From: Selaginella moellendorffii
Lineage: Eukaryota > Plantae > Lycopodiophyta
Assembly: GCF_000143415.4 (NCBI RefSeq)
Contig: NW_003314303.1
Coordinates: 1,594,785 to 1,658,784, forward strand
Length of the DNA stretch: 64,000 bases
Reading direction: 5' to 3'
The notes beneath the pieces are model-generated. The model was not told where the DNA came from and searched no databases. It worked only from the letters and a program-made list of their open reading frames with translations. Positions 31,368-43,392 of the stretch are shown here, piece by piece; the stretch's first letter is position 1; each line of letters begins with the position of its first letter. A program made the translations under genes and the position numbers.

Positions 31368-34300
31368 TGTGACAATTACGATGTTGTATACTAATATTAG
31401 CATAGTGGGATTTTAGTAGCCATTAGATTGGTTTCAATCCGGACCACTCGCTCTTATATATAAATTAGAGTTTTTGGGCTAATTGATATGCTATTCCCTT
31501 TCCATATTCCATGCACTTATATTGGTGGAGGCAAGAGGCACTTTTGATTGTCCTTAAGAAGTGCTTGGATTTGGGATTTTGGTTTAGATCTAGCTTTTGC
31601 ATCATCTAGATCTAGCTTTTTCCATTTCCTTTTTTTTGTTCTTTCCCTTTAAGATTTTGGTTTAGATCTAGCTTTTTGCATTGTCTAGATCTCTATTTCC
31701 TTCTAGCTTTTGTCATTCCTCTTCATTCACTCTTTCCTTTTCATTCATCTTCATGGCAAATTAACAATCTCCTCCTTTGACTCTAGAATAGTAGTTGGTA
31801 CAATTGCTTGATGCTATGCACTTGTAATTGAATAACCAAACTCAGTTGATGGTAGCGTTCACAGCATGTGGTACAACTCCTACTCTTGGTGCCAATCCTC
31901 GCGTTCGGCCGGAGTTTTTTCATGAGAATCCTGGGGATGATGTGTACCATTCGTTTGATCACTTCACAGTGATTGCCACATATCATTCTTGGGATGATGC
32001 TCAACGTTTGCATGAATTTCCCATATGTCTCTAAGGGATGGCATTGTAGTGGTACAATGGTTTGAGCGCAGCCACTTGTGGGGATTGGAGGGTTCTCTCG
32101 GACGTCTTCAAACACACATTTAAACATGCTAAAAATTGTGATGATGCTTTCCAACAATTGCATCATCTTTGCCAAGGGCTATGTAAGTTGGTGATGCAAT
32201 TTGGCATTTGTTTCCAAAGTCTTTTACTTCGTGCGGAGCCAAATATATCAGAGCAGATCAAGCTAGGAATGTCATGGCCAGCACTTCGTCAAAATCTTGT
32301 CGGACTTGTGCATACACTTGCTCCAACCACCCTTGACGATGCTCTTCGCTTGGCACAACGTGATGAGACGTTGCCTCTTCCACTTCTCACTGCACATCCT
32401 TCCACTCCTCTTTCTGTAAGCAATGGTCATATTCCAATGGAGGTTGATGCTACTGCTGCTCGAGTCCAAGGACAAGGGCGAGGACGTGGTCGTGGCTGTG
32501 ACATTTGCTGTTGGGCATGCACTAAAGTTGGGCACACTTATCAGTGTTGTCGGTGTTTTCCAGATTGGCAACCTCCATTTCCTGGGTGGAGACCTTGGCG
32601 TCAACAATGTCTTGTTAGTGCTGCTACAGTGGAAGGTCTAGACACCGCGATGCATTTGGAAAATGAGGAATTGCGCGAGTAATGGAGGGATCTTGTGTGA
32701 ATAAGTCAGTGACCCCTTCATTTTTCTTTCAGGGGTATTATCAAGGGGTTCACTCAGCACCGGTTCATCCAATGTTTATTTTCCAAGCTCATTTTTATAA
32801 TAAAAGATCTCTTATTATTCTCTTTGTGTTAGTTGATACAGGTTTGAGTTTATCTTCTATTGCTCGACCTATTGCCACATGTTGCCATTTACATTTGCGT
32901 TGTGCGGCGGAACCAGTTTTCATTCTTTATGGCAACAGCCATACACATGCATGTGCATGGGATGAGGCAGATCTGGTTGTGCGTGTGGGCGATCTCAAGC
33001 TTGAGTTGCAGTCCTTGCAAGTGGTGCCGAGTCAAGCTTTTGATCTCATCCTTGGTATGAATTGGTTGCAGCGCAATCATGCCAAGTGTGACTTTGAGGC
33101 TTCTCCCCCTTGTCTCATACTTTCTTTTGTTTCATCCATTCCTTTCACTTCTATACCTCTTCATCCCTCTACTTCTACCTCTGCTTTCATTACTTTTGTC
33201 CCCCCACTATTTCCTCCTATATTTCTGTTTTGTTCTACTCTCTCCTTTTCCAATCCCTCCGACAATCTTTGTGTTGCAGCAGTTGGCCGGCTCATGAAGG
33301 AGTATTCTGATCTCTTTGACTTTGACCTATCATCTGGGGCCAAGATTGCGTCATCCAATTCCAACCGGGGGTGCTCGTCCAATCAAGGTTCCTGTTCATC
33401 GTTAGTCACCCAAAGAGATCAAACTTTTACGTACAAACGTTAAGGAGATGTACACTCGAGCTTTCTTGCATCAACACTAATGTCAAAAGCATCCATGCGC
33501 AAAATAAAAGGTCGAGTGTAGTCAAGATATGCTAAAACTGGAGGAGTCGTCAATAGCTCTTTAAAATCCACGAATGCCCGCTCACAATCTGGAGATCAGA
33601 TGAAAGATGACATTGATGACTTCAACAATGCTCGCAATGGTGTAGTGCAATCAGAAAGATGATCCACAAAGCAACCAAAATACTGCACCTTGCCCAAGAA
33701 GCACTACACATCATTTACACACTTCGGAGTAGGGAACTTTAGAACAACCACAAGTTTTTCAGGATCAACTTGCAAACCCTCACGAGAAATAAGGTACCCA
33801 AGATAAGTTGTGTCTTTAGACCCAAATACGCACTTTGACCGCTTCAACTTTAAACCAACGTCCTGTAGCCGATCCAACACTTTACAAACATCACAAACAT
33901 GCTCCTCCCACGTCCCCTTCGAGTGGATCAAGACATCATCAATGAAGTCAGCAGTCACCTCCGGCATATCGCAAAGAACCTCATCCATTATCCGCTGGAA
34001 AGTTGTTGGAGCATTGTTCAAACCAAACAGCATCACTAAAACCTCGTACAATCCAAATGGTGTACGAAAAGCAGTCTTAGGAATATTTTCTTCGGCCATC
34101 GATACTTGTCAGTACCCAGAAGCAAGATCTAGCTTATTGAACCAATGACTTTGCCCTAGATGATCCAAGAGATTAGCAGTGCGAGGAAGAAGGTACACAT
34201 CTAGGATTGTCACTTCGTTTAATGGACGATAGTCGATGCATAAATGAATACTCCCATCAGGCTTTGTCACAAGATGTTCACATGCCCAAGGACTCTGCAA

Positions 34301-36554
34301 CTTCCAAATAACACCCTTCTCCAACGTGCTTGGTTAGTGCCATCCCATTGCATATATAACCTGTATATTACAACTAGCAGAGATTAACTACTCCACACCA
34401 GAGAAGGAGTGTTTAGCAGCAATCTAGGGTTTTGAGAAACTTCATGCATATCTACATGGTTCTTGGACGTTACTTGAAGGTGATTATACTGCCGTTACTT
34501 CATTATTGAAGTGGAAGAACTTGGTTGGTCGTATTGCTTGGTGGGCTTTGAAGCTTCAAATATATGATTTTGATGTTGATCATTACCCAGGGAGTTCTAT
34601 GGCTGATGCTGATGCCCTTTCTTGAGCTCGTCTTCCTTTTCCACTCTTTTCTCATGTTTTTGACAAGCCTATTGTTCCAACATCTATGGATTTTTTATAC
34701 AAGGATTCTGTGCCATTGGCGGTTGTTGTACTTGATGTTCAGTGTCCACAAGGCACAGAGCAAGATCTACCTTCTTTTGATGAGGTTTGCAAGGCTCAAA
34801 AGCTTGAGCCATGGATTTGAAGGCTTTGAGAGGGGTTTGAGAATCCTGTATCACTTGCTGATAATTTGCCTTTTTGGCATTTACATTCTCAATATCGCCT
34901 TGAAGATGGCCTTTTTTATTTTGTGGGACAGATCCTAATGATCATTTACGGCTGGTGGTGCTTTCTGTCTTTATTCTGCAGTTTCTTCATGCCTACCATG
35001 ATCCTCTTATTCTAGGTGGGCATATGGGACATCGTCGTGTAACCGAGAAACTGTGTAGGTCTTTCTATTAGCCGGAGATGCAACATGATGTTATCTGGTA
35101 TGTGCATATCTGCGTTTGGTGCCAAGCTTGTAATACTCCCCCTCATGCCAGAAGGACGATTGGAGTCAATTGCAGTTTCCCGTCCATTTGAGTTGGTGGC
35201 ATTTGATCTTATGGAACCTTTTCCACGGTTGATTGCTGACAATGAGTATATTATTATTGTTTTTGACTACTTGACTCGTTGGGTGGAAGTTGGTGCTTTT
35301 GCTAGTGCCTTTGCAACTACTGTTGGATACTTCCTCCTTAATCAAGTGGTGTTTCAACATTCTTGTCCAGAGCTGATTCTTTCGGATAATGGTCCTACAT
35401 TTATGGTTGAGGCATTTCATATTTTGACATCTTAGTTGGGGATACGCCACACTTTCACAAGTGTTTATCATCCACAATCAAATGGTCTAGTGGAATGGCT
35501 CGTTTGGACATTCAAAGGGATGATTGTGAAGTATGTGAACTTTCAACATTCGGATTGGGATGGTTATTTGCTGTCTCTTCAATATGCATATGTCACTAGG
35601 GTGTAGAGTTCTATTGGTACTTCACCATATAAACTCTTATATAGTTATGATTTAATATTACTAACGAAGTTGGGTTTATCTTCACGATTGCCATGAGCTG
35701 CCGATGCTAGGTCATAGGATCAATATTTGACGAGCATTCTTCCACTTGTTTGAGTAGAGTCTGCCGAACACTTAGGCTGCGTACAAGTGGGACAACAATG
35801 GCGCTACAACTCGCATCATCATCCACTTGCGGAGTACAAAGTGGATGATTTGGTGTTAGTTCGTTTTCCCCATCTTACGGTACGTGGTTTATCTAAGGGG
35901 CTCCTTGCGCAGTAGAATGGACCATATCGGGTGTTGCGGCAAGTTGGACCACAAGTTTATGAAGTTTAGCATGACGTCCAACAGGTAGATCCTCCAAAGA
36001 TTGTGCATGTACAGAGGTTGAAACACTTCATACAAAGGGATCAGAAGCAGTTAATACCATCTACAAATCCACTGATGCCTCCTCCTGACATTCCTCTAAA
36101 TCTCGGCCTCTCTACAAGAGAACTATGATGGTCTTCCATTATTCTGAGAGGAGGGGATGATGTGAGGGCTAAGTGTATGGCTATAATACTATATATTTAT
36201 ATTAGCGTAATGGGATTTTGGTAGCTGTCAGATTGGTTTCAATCCAAATCACTCACGCCTGTATATAAGCGGATAACCATAGTAATTCTAGAGCTAATAC
36301 GTGCAAAGAGTCCTGACCTCTGGAAGGGATGCAGTTACTAGATTCAAGGCCAATGCAAGCTTGCCCATATTCTCGGTGATTCATGGTAACTTGTCAAATC
36401 ACGTGGCCCTCGTGCCGGCAATGCTTCAATCAAATTTTTATCAACTTTCGATGGTAGGATAGAGGCCTATCATAGTGGTGATGGATAATAGGGTTTTTGG
36501 GGTAATTGATATGCACATTTTCTGTATTCCCTTTTTATATTCCATGCACTCACA
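31368..36554 (+). mobile_element. Degenerate full-length Ty3/gypsy LTR retrotransposon. LTRs 31368-31521 and 36161-36554, 4-bp TSD ACTA.
   Basis: Gag PMEVD plus zinc knuckle, PR VDTG..DLILGMNWL, RT FIDD (inverted segment), RH, INT (PFELVAFD, ILSDNG). PBS TGGTGGAG at 31523; PPT GAGAGGAGGGGATGA at 36146-36160; ACTA on both sides. Confidence 0.88.
36270..36487 (+). rRNA. 18S rRNA gene fragment (pseudogenic, 5' domain) inside the 3' LTR
   Basis: cggataacc.tagtaattctagagctaatacgtgc...ggaagggatgca...tatcaactttcgatggtaggatagaggccta.cat.gtggtga are universal eukaryotic SSU rRNA motifs. Confidence 0.9.
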
Positions 36555-39500
36555 ACTAAAGTTTAAAAGTTTATTTTATTTTATGATAACACATATTAAA
36601 TGTCATTAAATTTAGCTGCTTAAAAAATGAAACTACATGATAACATGAAATTAAAAGTAGAGCTTATTTTTATTGTTCCAATACCTTTACAATATTTATA
36701 TTAAAAATCAGTGTCCTATCAGATTTGTCCTTATGTGTTTAAAATTTACGTTAGAATTTTCAAATTAGATTTAATGGTTATCTAATATGGCAGAATTGAA
36801 TACCATATCTCTTAAATCCTTGGCTTTCCTCCATTTTTCCTTTCCCTGTTGAGCAAATTTGCCAAGCACGCAAAATGATCCAAGAGGAAGACATAGCCTG
36901 TCGTTGATCTCCTGTCATCTACATCTCCCACCCAGTCGGCATCAGAGAAGCCAACCAAGCTCATGGTGGAGCTCTCTCCTCTGGAGAATTGAAGAGAGTA
37001 GTGCTTAGTTCCAGCAACGTACCTCAGGATTCTCTTAACAGCAGCAAAGTGTTCTTGCGATGGATTTTCCAAGTACTTTGCCACACAGCCTACCAGGTAG
37101 GCTAAATCCGGCCTTGTTGAAATTATGAGATATATCAAGCTGCCGACCATCGAACGGTAGAGAGTTCCAGCGCTTTTCTCCTCCTCGGCAGTGTGATATG
37201 TCTCGAGAAAGCTTAAGGCCTGCGGGCATAGGAGTGGATTAGCGTCGAGCATAGAGTACCTCTGAAGTACATCCAGGATGTATTTTTCTCGAGAGAGCTC
37301 GAGAATCCCATGTCTCCTGTTGCGTCGTACTTGGATTCCAAGGCAGTAATGCAGCTCACCAAGGTCCGCCGTCTCGAATTTTGCAGAGGGATATGTCTTA
37401 ATCTTGTGAATAAGCCAAACTTGGTTAGAAGTGAGGATGGTATTGTCCACATAAAGCGCTAGGAAGAGAAATCCTTCGCCTTCAAAGTAGATGTAGAGAT
37501 TACCATCGGCTAAGCTGCGTATGAAGCCAAGAGAAATTAGAAAACCATCAATCTTGTTATACCAAGACCTAGGGCTTTGTTTCAGCCCATAGAGAGCTCT
37601 ATGCAGCTGGCACACTAGGTGTTCTTGGCCTGGAAGGACAAAACCTTGAGGCTGTGCCACATACACCTCCTCCATTGAGGAATGCTGTGCGCACATTGAG
37701 TTGATGGAGCTCAAGATCAAGCTCAGCTGCTAAAACCAGAAGCAAGCGGATGGTGGTTAGCTTAACTATCAGACCGTAAGTCTCAGAATAGTCAACTCCC
37801 TGAATTTGCGTGAAGCCACGAGCGACAAATCTGGCTTTGAATTGCTCCACACTCCCACCTGCCTTGTACTTCTTTTTAAAGAGCCACTTGGAGCTCAAGA
37901 CTTTCCTTCCTGGTGGCAATAGCATGAGAGTCCAAGTATCATTTTTAAGCAAAAAAGAATACTCATCTTGCATGGCTTCTTGCCACTTTTGAGCGTCAGG
38001 ACTGGCAAGAATGGCCATATATCCTTGAGGCTCAGGAGGGCTTTGCATTGCCCAGTAGAATCCTTTCTGTCGTGGTTCCTAGGCAATGGCCTCAAGCGCT
38101 TTGACTGAAGGCCTGGTTACACGTCCAGAGCGTCGTGGACCAAAGACCTGTGGAGGTGGAAGAGTCATCACGGGGTCAACGGTCTGGGTGGATGCTTTAT
38201 GAAATATTTCATCGCCTTCAAAAATGTCGTCGACGATGGCAGCATGCAAGGGCTCAGCTGAAGAAGCAGGACTGCTGGTGGAAGCAGTAGAGGCTCCTGG
38301 AGGTGCAAGAAGTGGCGTGTGAGGAGGAGATCCATTACCTGGTGTGTTTTCAACGAGCAAAAGCTGTATCGAGACCTCAAAGGTACTTCAAGCCATTCAA
38401 CTGATCTTGTGGATCTTTCTTTGGTTCTGGATGAGGTGCTCCCAGCTCCAGAGAATTTTCCTCCAGGAGGAGCTAACAACCAAAGCGCACAAGATCCTGG
38501 CCGAGCGTTGCCCTTGGTGGCTGGGTTAAGCCTCTCAGCCACACCATTCTCTTGTGGTGTATAAGCAGCCATATACTGATGAGAAATTCCTGCCTCGGCT
38601 AGGAATTCGAGAAATCCTTGTGCAATGTATTCTCCTCCTCCATCTGTGCGTAGCACACCCAGCTTTTGAAAATTTTAAGGTTTTCAGATTTAAACACACC
38701 ACTGTGTATCGTGAGTGATCATCTATGAATGAAACAAAATACCTCTTCCCACTTAGGGAATTTACAGGAAGATAGCAGACATCGCTGCAAATAAGATCAA
38801 GCAATGCTGTGGCCTGGTTTTCCAAGGGTCGGGGAGGAAAAGGATGGCGTGCATGTTTGCCAAGTTGGCAAGTATCACAAAGTCCCAGATGTCCAGATGG
38901 AAATGCAATGCCATCAGCTAGCTTGCTGCGAGCAAGGTTCTGGAGATCCTTCTCATTTACATGCCCGAGACGAGCATGCCAAAGATGAATTGTCTCTTGG
39001 CCTTGAAGCGCTAGCATGTATGTCCCTGGATAAACAAGCTGTGTTGAGGCGATAGAGTGTATCGTACCTCACTCCAGTTGCCACGGTGGTGCCTTCTGCT
39101 CCAAAAATAGTACATCCTTCTGCAAAGAATGTGAGCGAGAACCCTTGATCGGAGGCGACGCCAACCGAAAGGACAGTCTGGCCTGCACCGGGCACATAGT
39201 GCATGTTATGTATTTCCTTGAGAGATCCATCGGGCAACTTGACTTGCACCATGCCACGGCCTTCAACGTCGACAGGTCGCTTGTCTCCAACAAAGACCTG
39301 TTTTGGGGAAAGCAATTCATGGAAAGTGTGGAATGCTGTACGAAGAGTCATGTGGTAAGAAGCACCACTGTCCAACCAGAGGACGTCTAAACCAGACACC
39401 GGTGACGAGGCCACGGCCATCATCAGCAACGATTCTGTTTGAGTAAGCATCCATTGGGTGTTTGCTTTCTTAGCTCGACATTCTCGCTCTATGTGCCCCA

Positions 39501-41249
39501 TCTTCCCGCAGTAGGTACACGGCCCCTTCTTTTTCTTGTTTCCATTTGTGGTGGAGCCAGGTGTTGGTGTCGCAGGAGCCGCGAGAATTCCCACGCTTCT
39601 TGGCATTTCCATTTCCTGACTTCTTGCCGAAGAACAAAGCCTGATCAAATCTGAGGAGGTCGTGCCTGCTTTTCGCTCCAGAAGCTTGCGCTCTTCTCCC
39701 AAGAGATTGGAATAGAGCTCGTCTAGGGTCTTTCCTGATTCAGAAGAAACCAAATAGAGAAGGAAAGCTTTGGCATAATCGTCCGAGACAGGGGCGCCAG
39801 CCTCCTTAAGCTCTTGCATCATCCCCTTAAGCTTGCCAATGTACGATGCGATCGTGTCTGTTGGCTGCATCCGGAGAGAAAGGAACTTCTGGGTAAGGAT
39901 GATCTTGGCATTTGCTGCTTTCGCAGCAAACACCTGCACCAAGGACTCCCAATTCTCGTGAGCGGTCTTCGAGAGATCCAGCAGATGGATGAACTCGTCG
40001 CCCGAGTCCTAAGCCAATGACAGAGACGGCTCCTCTATTCTTGGCTTTCCACGCTGGTTGGAGAGCGGGCTCAGCTGGTTCAGCTTCGGTGCCGTCCACG
40101 ATTGTCCAGCAATCCTTTGCCATCAAGATGAGCTGGACCTTTGTTCTCCAGGTTGCGAAGTTTTCTCCTGTGAATTTGTGTAGTCCCAGCCAACATCCCA
40201 GTTTGGCTGGGGTTACGGCAGCGGAAGAAGATGCCATCTAAAGTTAGTGCTAGAAACAGAAATTTTATTGACGGGAGTGAGACGCGGGGAAAGGGCGTCC
40301 ACAAGCACTGCACACGCGCCTACACTGTGGGCAAAGCTGCTCGTGGCGTTTCCGGTCGCGGATCTCTTTCTCCACTCTAGTAAAGACAGCTAGAGCCTTT
40401 GCACGTTGTAGCGGGTCTAAAATGGGCATAAGCCCGGGCAAGGTTTACTAGAGTCCACACCAGGTCAAAGCCCTTAGGGCGGGGTTTCATGCTCCGGGGA
40501 GAAATAAAACCCTAAGGACATGGCACCAAAAATGGGGGGAAGGGGGCCTCTGTAAATTTCTTTTAGAGCCTAGAACCTAGTAAAATGCACAAATAAAATA
40601 ATGCCACGTGGTTAAATTGTTACATCATTTAAAAATTTGACCCATCTTAATTTTGCTGCAATGTGGACGTGTGAGTTCTTGGAGGGTTTTAGGGGGGATT
40701 TTTATAATGATTTGAGAAGGAAGTTTGTAAGAAATGGAGAATTGCTCACCCTCACTTCATCTATGGTCACAATTTGGCTCTTATTTTAATTCACCAATAG
40801 CTCAAACTCATGTAAGTATGAAATTTTGTAGTTCTAGAATTTTGTTTGTTTTTTTTAATGTCCAAGGAGGAGAGGGCTCTTCTTTTAGTGCTAGCATGGG
40901 ATCTATGCTAAATGCAGCTATGATCTAGGTATTTTTTATTTTCTCTTTTGTTTAGTAAAATTTTACAATGGTTTTTAACCTAGCATTCTTACATTCAACC
41001 TGATGATTGGATTTGTTCCAAGTATCCCTACAATAAGCTAATTTCAATTCATCGAATTAAATATTTTTTTCCAATTGTTTTCCTACTTTGTTTTGAATGT
41101 GGTGGGGGAATTGAAAATTCCTCTTTCACAACTTTATTATCACTACCTCCTCCAAAAACTATCTCTTTTGATGGAGCAACAAGTATTCCAGAGGTACAAT
41201 AAATATTATTTATGTTTATTTTTTGATTTCATAATTTGTTTTCCCAGAA

Positions 41250-42148
41250 TGAACCAACTTTGAATGATGAACAAAAAAGAAAATGGTCTACTAATGAAAA
41301 CATGGCTCTTTAGTATGCAAAGAAGATGGAAAAAGAGAAGGATTGAGAAGGCGGTGGCTGTAGAAAATCGATGAAAAGACCATAGAAGTGATGACACATT
41401 TCTGGCATCTTATATTCACAGGGATTTCGTCGCACACAAAAGCAATATAAGTCACAATGGGATGAGCTTGCAAAAAAGTGGAGGCAAATTAGCGATTACG
41501 AGAACAACATCCTATTAGGGAAACCATCTTACTTTAGTGGTGAGTTTACTACATGGATGAAGAAGGATACAAAGCTTCCTCGTGCATTTGATGAAGGCCT
41601 CTATAATGAGATGTCATTGTGGATGACACGGTCGAGAGCTAATGTTCCAAATAGCCACCGAGTTAATACATCTATGGGTTCTACAATTGCAAATAAGTCA
41701 CCAGGCTATGGTAAGTTCATTTAGATTTTTTGATTGATTTTTGTTTCTCTTTTTTTCAGAAATAAATGCAACTGCAGATCCAAATCTAGATGTTATATTT
41801 GAGACACAAGATCCTAGAGATGCTAATGAGGACATTCCAAAAGCACAAGTCAGTGGGAAGAAAGTTCCAATTGCTACAGGGAAAAAATGCAAGTGCATTC
41901 TAAAGGGATCTGATGGTCTTTTTGAGTGAAGTGACAAGTAAAGGAAAGCAATGATGCAAGAACTTCGAGATAGCAACATACAAATGATGGAAAAAATGGA
42001 GGCAGCTGATGATCGACGCCACCAAGCTTCAATTGCTACTGCAGATAGGAGAGTTGCAATGATGTTGCAAGGAACACACATGATGTGTGAGGAACTTCGA
42101 TTGCTGCGGCAAGCTTTTGTGGAATCAATTGTGACAAAGGAGAAGTAG
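41250..42148 (+). pseudogene. Harbinger ORF1 (Myb/SANT trihelix-like) remnant
   Basis: KKWRQISDYE..KPSYF..KDTKLPRAFDEGLYNEM, then a coiled-coil tail. Stops are present. Confidence 0.6.
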
Positions 42149-43392
42149 AATTGCAAACTTTGTATTTTAAAGTTACACTTATTTAACACAGTGTTTTAGA
42201 GTTTTGGGGTTTCGCACGTCTTGTTTTCCTCATGGCTATGGCATCCCTGTGTGGATCGGTGGCATTCAAGGCTGTGAAGCTTGCCAAGGCAGCGGTGCCG
42301 GTGGTGGCCAAGAAAGCTAGGACAGGAACGGCAGACAGAGAAGAGGCATGGATTCTAAAGATTATGGTGGAGCGTTGCTGGATCAATCTAGGGTATGCCA
42401 TTTTTCATGGAGCAGGGAACTGTGGAGGCAGTGAAGCGCGAGAGGAGGAGCAACTTTAATCGCTGGGAATACTAGGTATTTTTAGATCCTTGGGCGATTG
42501 CACGTAGGCTTTGCATTTCAATTTCATTTTTGTTCTATTCTTGTAAGCGGACAGCCATGAGCCGATGTGTCACTTGCCAGGGATCTGGAATGGATCTAAA
42601 AGAAGAAGCATTTTGAGGAGAACCATGGACAGTTTCGCTGCAGCTGGTCCATGATATCACTATAACGCTGGATCAAGAACAGGTACAAATAGAAAAGCAG
42701 GAGAAAGAATTCCTCCATTGTTTTTATGCTGCTTACAGGTGGTGATCACTCGTGATCTTGCTAAAGGAAGCAACCGATGGATGGATGGATCAATCAATCA
42801 CAAAGGTATTTACACTCTCGCTCAACTGGTTTTTCTGGATCAATCATCACTTTGGCTCATCCACACCACTCACTTTGTTATTAAACTAACTTCAACCGCC
42901 ACTCGCTCACTCTCTAATCTTTGCAAATCTCTTAGGAAGGAAGATGAAGATGGTAGTAGCATTTTATCTGCTGAAAGCAACAGCGACCAATCAACGCCAG
43001 TGGCGAGTGTCAATTTGGGATCAATAGACAAAAAGAAATTCGCGGATCAAGAATAGGTACAAAAAAAAAGCAGAAGAAAGAATTCTTCCATTGATTGGCG
43101 AGAGCTTGACATAAACCAAAACAGGTAATAGTTTTTTTTTTTTTTTCGTTTGTTGTTGCCGGTTTACTGTTTACATTCCAGCGCGAGCACCCAGCCTCAA
43201 TACTGATAATCACCAGAGGGAGCTCAACATAAACCATCAGCTGGAGAGTGTGTCGCCATTGTTGTGTTCACCGTTCTTCTAAGCTGCCAGTTTACTGTAG
43301 CACAAGTCTCATGCAGCAGGATCTTAAAAGAGGATCAACACCAAAATGTCTAGTTTTTGTCACTCTTAAGTAAATAAAGTACAAAAGTATTG

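Noticed and set aside
36270-36487. Functional rDNA unit
   Set aside because: Only ~220 nt, mutated, and with no flanking 18S, ITS or 5.8S sequence.
40420-40440. Half-tRNA-type copia PBS (GGCTTATGCCCA on the - strand)
   Set aside because: Weak match with no adjacent LTR; a better iMet PBS lies at 55175-55186.
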